Origin: Patescibacteria group bacterium
Lineage (GTDB): Bacteria; Patescibacteriota; Patescibacteriia; PEXW01
Direction: 5' to 3'
Assembly: GCA_041665345.1 (NCBI GenBank)
Contig: JBAYJA010000001.1
Coordinates: 265,206-329,205 of the forward strand
DNA: 64,000 bases
The first letter of the stretch is position 1. Every line of letters begins with the position of its first letter. Below are positions 1 through 8,663 of the stretch, in pieces. The notes under the pieces were generated by a model, which was not told where the DNA came from, did no database searches, and saw nothing but the letters and a program-made list of their open reading frames with translations. The translations under genes were made by a program, and so were the position numbers.

Positions 1-1
1 T

Positions 2-301
2 ACTCGGTTCCTGGTACCCCGGCTGAAGCAGGGGAAGACGGCAGTGCAGACCGCGTACGTTGATATTTTTGGGAAGAATTTCCGCAATGGAACGCAAGTT
101 ACCATTGGGTCGTACCGGATGAAGACATTTGTGAAGTCCAGTACGAACGTGAATGCCCTTATCCCGATTGGAAAAATGAAACCGGGGATTTACGATGTGA
201 AAATTGTGAACCGGGATTCCCAGCAAGTCATCAAACGAGGCGCGTTTGGTGTGCTGGATAGCAAAGGAAACTTACCCCGGATTTTTTTTCGGGTGCAGTA
301 G
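2..301 (+). CDS. C-terminal fragment of a hypothetical protein; the reading frame is open from the window edge
   Basis: The frame of ORF 44..301 has no stop back to position 2, and the first in-frame codon at 44 is GTG. No recognisable motif. Confidence 0.35.
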   Translation, partial: TRFLVPRLKQGKTAVQTAYVDIFGKNFRNGTQVTIGSYRMKTFVKSSTNVNALIPIGKMKPGIYDVKIVNRDSQQVIKRGAFGVLDSKGNLPRIFFRVQ

Positions 302-377
302 GGAGATTGTATTATTGAAGCTTTCTTCGGGGCCCCCGCAGATGTGGCGCGCAGTCCCGCACCAGGACGAGCACCCT

Positions 378-644
378 TTACGGCTTTAGACCCTTGATAA
401 GTCTCTCTTTCTTTCCGCGTGACCATTTTTTGAGTTGCAATTCTCTTTGGCGTGCTTCAAGTAGCGTGGGAAAAATTTCAACATGAACAATATCACCAGG
501 ACCATGCTGTGTAAACCATTTTGCTCCAGTTTTGCTGTTGTGTCGTTTCATCCTATCTGCTGGCAGTAATCCCGTACTGCCAATATACAAACTTCCATCA
601 GCACAGCGTGCGATGTAGAGGTAGAACTTTTCTGGACTAGTCAT
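378..644 (-). CDS. GIY-YIG nuclease family small protein (UPF0213-like)
   Basis: The N-terminus FYLYIARCADGSLYIGSTG ... R..HN is the classic GIY-YIG block. At 88 aa it is the size of YhbQ-like proteins. Confidence 0.65.
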   Translation of the reverse strand: MTSPEKFYLYIARCADGSLYIGSTGLLPADRMKRHNSKTGAKWFTQHGPGDIVHVEIFPTLLEARQRELQLKKWSRGKKERLIKGLKP

Positions 645-775
645 TTACGTATTTCCGTATAGTGCCTCTCGGCTTCGCTCGAGACATTCGACTCGCACTA
701 ACACTTAGAATTGGTCGAAGTCCTGAGTCATACGAAGGACGAAGACCATGAGCGAGCCCTTTAGGGCGAGTCGAA

Positions 776-851
776 TGGCGGACCCGAAGGGAATCGAACC
801 CTCGATCTTCTCCGTGACAGGGAGACGTGTTAACCGCTACACTACGGGTCC
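776..851 (-). tRNA. tRNA-Asp (anticodon GTC)
   Basis: Hand-folded cloverleaf: acceptor GGACCCG/CGGGTCC, D-arm GTGT-AGCGGTTA-ACAC, anticodon stem TCTCC/GGAGA with loop CTGTCAC (GTC), T-arm GAGGG-TTCGATT-CCCTT, discriminator G and an encoded CCA. Confidence 0.9.
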
Positions 852-944
852 AGAGGACTGCGGGGCGAGTGTACCATGAAGCCTTTCCCATTGCCAAGGT
901 CGCGGCGTGCGCTTGCGCACCGCGTTTGGAGTAGGGGAAGCGGC

Positions 945-1286
945 TTAGCGCACCAGATCAACAATACCCTTGAAGGTTTCTGGGTAGAACTCTGCCAGCT
1001 GCGCCAAAATCTTCCGGTCAACTTTAATGTTGGCCTTGATGAGTTTGCCCATGAAGACACTGTAGGACATCTCATGCTGACGGGTGCCAGCGTTAATCTT
1101 CACTTGCCAGAGCGTGCGTGCATCGCGCTTCTTCAGGCGGCGGTGGATGTAGGCGTAGCGGCCGGCTTTGCGGACAGCAACTTTGGCCAACTTGATGCTA
1201 GATTTACGCTTCCAGCGGTAGCCCTTCGCTCGGGAGAGGAGGTTCTTGCGATGCTTGACGTGGGTTGTGCCTCGTTTGACGCGCAT
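945..1286 (-). CDS. rplT: 50S ribosomal protein L20
   Basis: MRVKRGTTHVKHRKNLLSRAKGYRWKRKS... is the typical L20 N-terminus and the length fits. Confidence 0.95.
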   Translation of the reverse strand: MRVKRGTTHVKHRKNLLSRAKGYRWKRKSSIKLAKVAVRKAGRYAYIHRRLKKRDARTLWQVKINAGTRQHEMSYSVFMGKLIKANIKVDRKILAQLAEFYPETFKGIVDLVR

Positions 1287-1292
1287 AGGTAC

Positions 1293-1490
1293 TTAGGCAG
1301 AAGGAGTAACCTGCATGATGGCTCGGAGATTGGTCTTATGCGCAGACACGTCCCGGCGCTTTTTCCGCGTGGTGGTGCCAGATTCCCGGGCATTGAAGTG
1401 GTCTTGCCCAGCTGCGCGACGCATGACGTTCTTCGCGCCGGTGCGGCGGAAGCGTTTGGCTGTTGCTTTGTGGGTCTTGAGCTTTGGCAT
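1293..1490 (-). CDS. rpmI: 50S ribosomal protein L35
   Basis: MPKLKTHKATAKRFRRTGAKN... It sits upstream of rplT in the conserved infC-rpmI-rplT order. Confidence 0.9.
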   Translation of the reverse strand: MPKLKTHKATAKRFRRTGAKNVMRRAAGQDHFNARESGTTTRKKRRDVSAHKTNLRAIMQVTPSA

Positions 1491-1902
1491 ACAGGACTAG
1501 AATGTAACGGTTTCTGGGGGATACGTCAAGGGGGAGGGGTGGAAGATTGAGGAAATTGGTTTGATTTGGATAAAGCCTAGTTCTTGTAGCACAGGCTTTG
1601 ACCGGTAAGGGTTACCCCACCTAACCTCCCCTTCGGAAGGGGAGGAAACGTACAAACAGACCTTGGTCTGTAATAAACAAAAAATTCCTCCCCTCTTTTG
1701 AAGGAGGGGGTAGGGGGAGGTAACCCTGATGAGTAGACCTTAGTATAAAAACCAGGAATGCAAAAAGAGCATAGACAGTCATCTTGGTTCCGTAATACAG
1801 CGGGATTGCCTGTCTCATTGGTAGACAGTTCGTGTTACACGACGCCGCAGCTTGGAGAAGCTGCTGCTTGAGGTGGGGTAACTGGCTTTACACCCTCCCC
1901 AC

Positions 1903-2424
1903 CTACTTTTTCTTTCGAATCAGCAGGGTCAGGCGGCCACCCATTTGGCTGACTGGTGCGTCCACCACCACCCCATCGCCCAGGCTGGCAATGAAGTCGT
2001 GGAGGATCTTCTTGGCCAAATCCGCCCGGGCGCGTTCACGGCCGCGGAGGATCATTTCCAGCTTCACTCGGTCACCCTTCTCAAAGAATTTTAGGGATTG
2101 CTCTTTCCGCATGTTCAGGTCGTGTGCGCCAATTTTCAGGGACAGGCGGATGCCCTTAATTTCTGAGACCTTGGTTTTCGCTTTCTGCTTGCGTTCGGCT
2201 TTTTCCTGCTGGTAGAGGTAGGAACCCCAGTCAATAATTTTGCAAATGGGTGGCTGGGCAATGGGGTTCACTTCCACCAGATCCAGCTCTTGCTCGCGCG
2301 CGTGCGCCAAAGCCTGCTCGGTGGTCATCGGGCCCAGGAATTTGCCGTCGGCGTCAATCACTTGCACTTGGGGAATGCGAATCTGCAGGTTGACCCGGAA
2401 GCGTTTGGTACTTATACGGATTAT
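1903..2424 (-). CDS. infC: translation initiation factor IF-3; the start is probably non-AUG (ATA or ATC)
   Basis: The ORF 1903..2367 matches the IF3 N- and C-domains. The frame stays open upstream to a TAA at 2428-2430 and reads ...IRIPQVQVIDADGKF, with only ATA/ATC candidates. IF3 classically uses AUU/AUA starts. Confidence 0.75.
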   Translation of the reverse strand: MIRISTKRFRVNLQIRIPQVQVIDADGKFLGPMTTEQALAHAREQELDLVEVNPIAQPPICKIIDWGSYLYQQEKAERKQKAKTKVSEIKGIRLSLKIGAHDLNMRKEQSLKFFEKGDRVKLEMILRGRERARADLAKKILHDFIASLGDGVVVDAPVSQMGGRLTLLIRKKK

Positions 2425-2612
2425 GGGTTACACGGAAGGAGATAAGGGGAGTATAGCAGATTTCAATTCGTTAAGCCCCATTTTGGGGATTGTACTCAGC
2501 TCTCCTTCACCCCGGTAAGTTCGTACACGCAAGACGAGCTGGTGCGAAATACTAACTCGTGTGCCCCTCGACTCCGCCCTTCGGCTGCACTCAGGGCTAC
2601 GCTCGGGACACC

Positions 2613-2640
2613 TCAAAAAGCGTCCATGGACGCTTTTTGA
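2613..2640 (-). terminator. palindromic hairpin plus U-run immediately after the proposed tmRNA 3' end
   Basis: aaaaagcgtccatggacgcttttt is a perfect palindrome flanked by A/T runs. Confidence 0.5.
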
Positions 2641-3038
2641 GGTGGAGATGAGGGGTCTTGCACCCCTGTCTAGTTCACCGCTGTTCTACTGGTCGACAGG
2701 TTTGGGCCGTTCAAAGGTGGAGGCTGCAGCGCACGGAATGGCCAAGCTCGCTACAACCCGACCTTACGGAGTTCTCAGTTACCGCCAGTAAGGGTAACGG
2801 TAACCCAGCCTGGAGTATGGCACTCGCGATTCCCGCACCAGGCTGCGGGGCGAATGGGTTGTCGGTTTTTAGGCGACGACCGGAGCAAACTGAGGCGCGA
2901 ACGCGTTAGCGAACGCAACCTTCACTTTGCTGACAAAAGACGTGGCAGTTGTCAATTGTCCAACAGTTTTACGCCATGTTGAACGCGGGCGACCTGCACA
3001 GCAGAGGACGAGCAAACTATCAACTTCTGAACATCCCC
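2641..3038 (-). ncRNA. ssrA: tmRNA (ssrA), one-piece
   Basis: It lies immediately downstream of smpB on the same strand. The 5' GGGGAUG pairs with the 3' CAUCUCC-A-CC, giving a 7-bp acceptor stem with a G3:U70 wobble (alanine identity). The T-arm is AGGGG-UGCAAGA-CCCCU. An internal frame ends GCU AAC GCG UUC GCG CCU CAG UUU GCU CCG GUC GUC GCC UAA, giving the tag ANAFAPQFAPVVA. A terminator follows. The region has no credible protein ORF. Confidence 0.55.
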
Positions 3039-3185
3039 GTTTAGAGAACCAGGGGTGATTCTGTAAACGCGAAGGTTCAGGGTGAGGTATGGGTAGTGGT
3101 GTGGCGGCGAGTATGGTCGTAGGGTAAGGTTGTGGGCTAACAGTAAACAAAACCTTATAACTCCACTCGCCGCAACACCCAAACC

Positions 3186-3638
3186 TTAACCTCTTTTTCG
3201 CATCGCCCTTGCCATATCGCGGTTCGTTTCTCGCTTCTTGATACTCGCGCGTTTGTCGTGCTCCTTCTTCCCACGCGCCAGACCCAAAGCGACTTTGACG
3301 AGTCCGCGGTTGGTGTAGATGCGCAAGGGGATGAGGGTGACGCCCGCGCTGCGCATTTTTCCAGTCAGCGAGGCAATTTCCTGGCGCTTCACCAGGAGCT
3401 GCCTGTCCCGGTCAGGCTGGTAGTGCACTTGCACGGCCGCTGCGGGTTTGTACGGCGCAATGTACGCATGCACCAGCCACAGTCCATTCTCCCGCAGTGA
3501 AACATAGGCTCCCTGGAGGTTCAGATTTCCAGTCTTTGCTGACTTCACTTCCGGGCCGGTGAGGGCAATGCCCGCATCCAAGGTTTCCAATACCTCGTAG
3601 TTGAAGCTAGCTTTCTTATTGGTGGCGAGTTTGGGCAT
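3186..3638 (-). CDS. smpB: SsrA-binding protein SmpB
   Basis: ...GIALTGPEVKS...LQGAYV... are conserved SmpB blocks. The start is placed at MPKLATNKK. Confidence 0.85.
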   Translation of the reverse strand: MPKLATNKKASFNYEVLETLDAGIALTGPEVKSAKTGNLNLQGAYVSLRENGLWLVHAYIAPYKPAAAVQVHYQPDRDRQLLVKRQEIASLTGKMRSAGVTLIPLRIYTNRGLVKVALGLARGKKEHDKRASIKKRETNRDMARAMRKRG

Positions 3639-3708
3639 GCAGACAGTATAGAGGAAAAGAGAAACCCGCGTCGTACCAGTGGCAGACGCGGGGTATTTGA
3701 AGGTTTGT

Positions 3709-4137
3709 TTAGGCGACAGTGGTTGCAAGCGGCCGTAGAAAAATGTACGTGTTTCGTTGTCGTTCTATGACCAGCTTGAAAGCCTGAGCATTTGGGGCTT
3801 CGTAGGCTAGACAGAAGATAATGAAGATATCTTGGTAGACCCGATTCTTCTGCTCGTCTATCAGACTACTCCTGCCGAGCGCTTCCAATTTTGCAGCAGT
3901 CATAATATGGAGTAGCGCGGCTACTTGCGCTGGTACTTCAGTACCTGGGTAGTAGAGATTCGGGCTGCTGATGTGTCCTACCGCTGCAGTTTGCAGAAGT
4001 GCCGGAATAATCCGTCGTATGTCGACTTCGGCTTCCGATCCGAGGAGCGCATCGGGCAGTGCCGCCTCACCAATTGTGCAATGGCCATGTGCTTCCAATT
4101 CGCGTCGCAGTTCTAAGAAGAATTGTGCATTTTTCAT
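3709..4137 (-). CDS. hypothetical protein
   Basis: ORF only. It is in the same frame as the upstream ORF, separated from it by a single TGA. Confidence 0.4.
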   Translation of the reverse strand: MKNAQFFLELRRELEAHGHCTIGEAALPDALLGSEAEVDIRRIIPALLQTAAVGHISSPNLYYPGTEVPAQVAALLHIMTAAKLEALGRSSLIDEQKNRVYQDIFIIFCLAYEAPNAQAFKLVIERQRNTYIFLRPLATTVA

Positions 4138-4140
4138 CGA

Positions 4141-4584
4141 TCAATTCATCTCCATGGATTGCAGGTCAATATTGAAGAACGGGTGGTTCCGACGTTCGGC
4201 CAACCAGAGGTCGTATGTGTTTTGCTTGGGTTCAATGAAAGCCCAACATAGTGCCAGGAATGCGTCGGTAAAAAATCCCCGCATCTCTTCGGCACGAACT
4301 CTGGTGTTGATACGACTGAGGCGAATGTCGCAAATTTCCTTCAGCCGCTGCGCCATATCACCCGGCTGCTCATACGCAACATTGAGTTTGTACGGACAGT
4401 CCGTTGCATTCGCAACACGGTGAATGGAAACTTCAAGGGTCGACCGAACGAGCTCCAACCGCGCCAGGTGCTCAAGGGCATGATCGATGCCGTTTGCATC
4501 ATGGCGCTCATCCAAATCAACTTGAATGAGTTTCTCAAAGGCGCGTTGCGTGTCGAGGAAGTAGGTGTTCGCTGGGTGATCCAT
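4141..4584 (-). CDS. hypothetical protein
   Basis: ORF only. Confidence 0.4.
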   Translation of the reverse strand: MDHPANTYFLDTQRAFEKLIQVDLDERHDANGIDHALEHLARLELVRSTLEVSIHRVANATDCPYKLNVAYEQPGDMAQRLKEICDIRLSRINTRVRAEEMRGFFTDAFLALCWAFIEPKQNTYDLWLAERRNHPFFNIDLQSMEMN

Positions 4585-4686
4585 GCGGATCCTCCTTTCA
4601 AGGATGACGATGTTTCAGGTTTATGTTGACCTCGCACCTTACAAGAACCATGCTTTTTTGTCAAGCATGCGTGGTATACTGCACCC

Positions 4687-6321
4687 ATGCACATCCGATT
4701 CGAACTCCAGAAAATGCTCCAAGAACTTGTTGGGGCTGATGCCTTGAAGGTTAAGGTGGAACGTCCAAGTTCCGCTGAACATGGTGATTACGCAACTAGC
4801 ATCGCTTTAGCGTTGGGCAAGCAGCAGGGGATTGCGCCGCAGCAGGCCGCCAGCCAGCTGGTGGAAAAACTCAAAGCTCAGGCGCACCCAGCCATTGGCG
4901 ATATTTCCATTGCTGGGCCCGGGTTTATGAACTTGCGCTTGTCTGATGCGTGGCTTACTGCACAAGGCGTGGCAGCGGCCAAGAGCGTTGCTGGTCTGGG
5001 CAAGAGCATGTTACACAAAGGTGAGCACGCGCATTTGGAATTTATTTCGGCCAACCCCACTGGTCCGTTGACATTGGCCAATGCGCGTGGTGGCTTTTTG
5101 GGTGATGTCTTGGGGAATGTTCTGCAGCGCACAGGCTATAAGGTCGTTCGGGAATTTTACGTGAATGACCGGGGCAACCAGGTGGGCGTTTTGGCAGAGT
5201 CGGTGCTGCGGCGCTACTGGCAGCAGCAGGGGATTACCATTGACTACCCCGAGACGTGCTACCAAGGCGCGTACGTGGACGAGTTGGCGCGGAAGCTGAA
5301 GCTGGCAAATTATAGAATGACGGACGTGGCCAAGATCCACGAGATTCGGGACAAGATTAAAGACAAAGTCGTGGCAACGATGCTGAAGGAGATTCAGCGC
5401 GTGGTCACCAAGACCATGGGCATTACCTTTGATAACTGGCTATCTGAAAAAGCACTGGTTGCCTCCGGCGTACTGGACAAGTTGCTGGCAAAACTCAAAG
5501 ACCAGGGCATGATCTACGAAAAAGAAGGCGCCACCTGGTTGGCGACCACCAAGTACGGAGATGATAAAGATCGAGTCTTGGTGAAAGCGGATGGGGAAAT
5601 GGCGTACTTCTTACCGGACATTGCCAACCACTGGCTGAAGTTCACCAAGCATAAGGCAAATGTGGCCATCAACATCCTGGGTGCGGATCACCATGGGTAC
5701 GTGGCTCGCATGCGCGCCGCAATGCAGGGCTTGGGTTTTGACAATGCCGCGCATCAGTTTCACCCCATCATCATCCAATTCGTTCGCCTGCTGCAGGATG
5801 GCAAAGAAGTGAAGATGTCTAAGCGCCGGGGGACATACGTGGAAGCGGAAGAAGTGGTGGAAGAAGTTGGTTTGGACGCGGCGCGCTTCTTCTTCCTGAT
5901 GTACGACCCCAACACGCACCTGGATTTCAACCTGGACGCGGCCAAAGCGCAGAATGAGAAGAACCCGGTGTACTACGTGCAGTACGCGCATGCTCGTATG
6001 TGCAGCATCATCGCCAAGACCAAGGGTCTGCCCGTGGCAAAAACCCCGGTGGGGGTATTGCCAGCGTCAGCGCGCCGGCTTATACTCGAACTCCTCCGCT
6101 GGCCTGAGGTGCTGGAAGACGTGAGCCGCGATTACGGCGTGCAGCGCATTCCGCAGTACGCCCTGGATCTGGCGCGGACCTTCCACGATTTCTACACGAA
6201 TGTCCGGGTGATTGATAACGAACACGTCCAGAGCTTGCCGTTCACGCTGGTTCGCGGTACAAAGAATGTACTGGCAGATGTTCTGGACACGCTTGGCATC
6301 ACCGCGCCAGCGCACATGTAG
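4687..6321 (+). CDS. argS: arginyl-tRNA synthetase
   Basis: The class I block ISANPTGPLTLANARGG is present, and VQYAHAR plus the DALR anticodon-binding region are at the C-terminus. Confidence 0.9.
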   Translation: MHIRFELQKMLQELVGADALKVKVERPSSAEHGDYATSIALALGKQQGIAPQQAASQLVEKLKAQAHPAIGDISIAGPGFMNLRLSDAWLTAQGVAAAKSVAGLGKSMLHKGEHAHLEFISANPTGPLTLANARGGFLGDVLGNVLQRTGYKVVREFYVNDRGNQVGVLAESVLRRYWQQQGITIDYPETCYQGAYVDELARKLKLANYRMTDVAKIHEIRDKIKDKVVATMLKEIQRVVTKTMGITFDNWLSEKALVASGVLDKLLAKLKDQGMIYEKEGATWLATTKYGDDKDRVLVKADGEMAYFLPDIANHWLKFTKHKANVAINILGADHHGYVARMRAAMQGLGFDNAAHQFHPIIIQFVRLLQDGKEVKMSKRRGTYVEAEEVVEEVGLDAARFFFLMYDPNTHLDFNLDAAKAQNEKNPVYYVQYAHARMCSIIAKTKGLPVAKTPVGVLPASARRLILELLRWPEVLEDVSRDYGVQRIPQYALDLARTFHDFYTNVRVIDNEHVQSLPFTLVRGTKNVLADVLDTLGITAPAHM

Positions 6322-6381
6322 CAAAAGTGTACGGAGACCGGCCCACTTTGCAGCCTGCTTCCTTCCATAGCAAACGTCCCT

Positions 6382-7524
6382 ATGCGCATCGGCATTGATT
6401 GTCGAACCATCCTCAACCCCGCATCGGGTGAGCGTGCGGGCGTGGGGCACTACGTGGATAGCTTAGTCGTCCATCTGACCAAGCAGTACCCGGATGTGGA
6501 ATTCGTGCTGTATTTTGATTACCGCACGCCGGATTTGGCTGCCTACCAGCGTCCCAATGTGCGGGTGAAGCGCTTCCCATTCTCGCAGTACGGGCGATTC
6601 TTGTCGTTTGGGTACACGCACATGCTCATTACTGCATACTTGCTCAAAGAGGGCCTGGATCTCCTGCATGTGCCGGCGGGTTCTGTTCCGCTGACGTACC
6701 CCAAGAAGATTGTGTACACGGTGCACGACCTGGCCATTTACCAAAATCCAGAGTGGTTCCCATCCTCCTTCATCTCCCGCTCGCTGCTGGTGCCGCAGAG
6801 TTTGCGCAAGGCAGATGGGATCATTGCCGTGTCACGGAGTACTGCCACAGATTTACGGAAACTTTTCAACACCCCGGCCAAAAAAACCTACGTGGTGCAC
6901 CACGGGTTTGCCATAAAGAAAATTCCGCTGAAGCGCCGGATACTGGAAACCCTGGAGAAGTTCAAACTCCCTCCACGTTACTTGCTTTTTGTTGGGACCA
7001 TTGAGCCCCGAAAGAATTTAATCCACCTACTTCGTTCCTACGCCAAGTTGCGGGAACGTGTGCCGGCAGTGGCAGATGTGCCGCTCGTCATTTGCGGGCA
7101 GCACGGGTACCATGCGGAAGAAGTGATGCAAACTATGCTGGATTTGAAGCTGAAGCGGAATGTCCGCTACCTGGGGTACGTCAGTCACAATGAGAAAGTG
7201 GAACTGCTGGGTCATGCCAGCGCCTTTGTCTTCCCCAGCTTGTACGAAGGGTTTGGGCTGCCAATACTAGAGGCCATGGCTTTGGGCGTTCCGGTCATTA
7301 CCAGCAAAATTTCTTCCATGCCAGAGATTGCCGGCAAGGCTGCGCTGTTCGTGGATCCCAGTAATGTAGATCAGCTCGTCCGCGCCATGGCCGACGTGCT
7401 CACCAAACCTGCGGTGGCCAAGCGTCTGGCTGAAGCCGGACCTGAACAAGCCAAGAAATTTTCCTGGGACACCTGCGCTCAAGAAACCATGGAGGTGTAC
7501 AAGAAGGTGATTGGGAAAAAGTAG
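6382..7524 (+). CDS. glycosyltransferase family 4 protein
   Basis: The C-terminal [20 protein letters not shown] block is the GT4 (E-x7-E region) signature. Confidence 0.8.
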   Translation: MRIGIDCRTILNPASGERAGVGHYVDSLVVHLTKQYPDVEFVLYFDYRTPDLAAYQRPNVRVKRFPFSQYGRFLSFGYTHMLITAYLLKEGLDLLHVPAGSVPLTYPKKIVYTVHDLAIYQNPEWFPSSFISRSLLVPQSLRKADGIIAVSRSTATDLRKLFNTPAKKTYVVHHGFAIKKIPLKRRILETLEKFKLPPRYLLFVGTIEPRKNLIHLLRSYAKLRERVPAVADVPLVICGQHGYHAEEVMQTMLDLKLKRNVRYLGYVSHNEKVELLGHASAFVFPSLYEGFGLPILEAMALGVPVITSKISSMPEIAGKAALFVDPSNVDQLVRAMADVLTKPAVAKRLAEAGPEQAKKFSWDTCAQETMEVYKKVIGKK

Positions 7525-7557
7525 GGTGGGGAAGCCATAGAGTCTTCTGTTCATACA

Positions 7558-7587
7558 ACTCAGAGCGGCTTTCCCAAGCCGCGTTGG
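7558..7587. repeat. post-stop hairpin repeat (copy 1)
   Basis: actcagagcggctttcccaagccgcgttgg is near-identical to 22813..22841. Both lie just after a stop codon. Confidence 0.5.
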
Positions 7588-7593
7588 TTTGTT

Positions 7594-7663
7594 GGTGACG
7601 AAGGAGATTGCAGACAGTCCTTTGTGCAGAGCAAGATTCTTCGAAGACTCAGAATGACAGAGG
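7594..7663. repeat. 5'-truncated copy of the REP-like palindromic repeat family
   Basis: gacgaaggagattgc...gcaagattcttcgaagactcagaatgacagagg matches the inner and right arms of the copies at 36569, 48047 and 54505. Confidence 0.5.
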
Positions 7664-7732
7664 CTTGTACAGTCAGTGCCTCCCCCTTAGAAGCAGCTTC
7701 TCTAAGCTGCGGTGGATTGAAGATTAAAGTGA

Positions 7733-7797
7733 GGGTAGCCCGGGTCCCTTGACCCGGGCGTTTTCCATTAGGCAAGGTCAAGGGACCTCGCCTACCC
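7733..7797. repeat. compound-hairpin repeat (outer GGGTAG/CTACCC stem around two GTCCCTTGAC-type hairpins)
   Basis: gggtagcccgggtcccttgacccggg...aggtcaagggacct..cctaccc. The same element occurs at 51588..51652, with its modules reordered and in inverted orientation. Confidence 0.55.
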
Positions 7798-7901
7798 GCG
7801 TGGAGGTGTGGGTAGCTGCGCGCCCTCGCTCGCGGCTGAGGAATAGCAATGTACTATCAAGGCCAAAGCGAGGGCTTTGGCCTACCCAAGGTTGGTAAAT
7901 C

Positions 7902-7931
7902 ACAAAAACCCCGGCTCATGGAGAGTCGGGG
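7902..7931 (-). terminator. hairpin plus U-run downstream of the minus-strand gene 7941..8423
   Basis: On the minus strand ccccgactctccatgagccgggg is followed by ttttt. Confidence 0.5.
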
Positions 7932-7940
7932 GATGATTAT

Positions 7941-8423
7941 TTAGTATTCGTAGTGACTGAGCGGTTTAGGCGCTCGCAGTTTGTAGTACCGAGCGAGCTG
8001 TTCGTTGCGAGGGTTGTTGGAAAGCTCAGCATATGCCGCCAGGATTTTTTTCCAAGCTTCGGGTCCATGCTCTTCCAACGGATGGTGGTCGTCCCCCAGA
8101 CGCAGGAGTACATCGGGTTTCACGCCGAAGACAGGAGGGTGGTTGTAGATTATCAACGTAAAGCCATTGATTGGCCCAGTTGCCAGGAGCTCACATGGTA
8201 GTTCGTGCCGGGTTACTAACTCGCAGATGCATGTAAACTCATCAGGCTCCAGTTTTCGTTTCGCATCGCCATGATCCCAGAGGGACTTTTCAAGTTCTTG
8301 CATCCAGCGTTGTTCTGCCGCTGGGATTGGGAGGCGTGGGGTTGATTGCGTTGTCATAGGAAAGTACTCTCTTTCTGCTTTTGGTGTTTCCCACACCGTA
8401 GCGAAGGGGAAAGAAATCGTCAA
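7941..8423 (-). CDS. hypothetical protein; the start may be the internal Met 22 codons downstream
   Basis: ORF only. It is the last gene of a three-gene minus-strand unit. Confidence 0.4.
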   Translation of the reverse strand: MTISFPFATVWETPKAEREYFPMTTQSTPRLPIPAAEQRWMQELEKSLWDHGDAKRKLEPDEFTCICELVTRHELPCELLATGPINGFTLIIYNHPPVFGVKPDVLLRLGDDHHPLEEHGPEAWKKILAAYAELSNNPRNEQLARYYKLRAPKPLSHYEY

Positions 8424-8459
8424 GAAAAAGGCTGAACGCGGGTTCAGCCTTATGGTCGA

Positions 8460-8663
8460 CTAGCTGATTGGAGGTAAGAGCACTTCCATGTGGCAGTGGG
8501 GACAATGGCAGCTATTCCCGTCGCCCTCTGGGATTTCCAGGAAGCAGGTGCCACAGAATTCTTTCCCGCAGGCCGGACAGTCTAAGTGCTCAGCAGTGCT
8601 GTTGCCACAGTTTGTGCACGGTAGCATATTGATTGGATCTTTTCGGACCGTTATGGTCTCCAT
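8460..8663 (-). CDS. small Cys-rich (zinc-ribbon-like) protein
   Basis: CTNCGN...CPACGKEFCGTC...CHCPHC gives eight or more Cys in CxxC spacing. Confidence 0.45.
   Translation of the reverse strand: METITVRKDPINMLPCTNCGNSTAEHLDCPACGKEFCGTCFLEIPEGDGNSCHCPHCHMEVLLPPIS

Noticed and set aside
637-897. 86-aa minus-strand ORF
   Set aside because: It fully overlaps the well-folded tRNA-Asp gene and the repeat arm, so it is taken as spurious.
2240-2909. Three plus-strand ORFs (2240..2518, 2561..2791, 2658..2909) in the smpB-infC spacer
   Set aside because: They have low-complexity, Arg/Ser-rich translations and sit inside the region that folds as tmRNA. They are treated as non-coding.
4138-4143. 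UGA-as-sense (genetic code 25) explanation for the in-frame TGA
   Set aside because: TGA terminates ileS and other well-aligned genes in this window, so the organism uses UGA as a stop.
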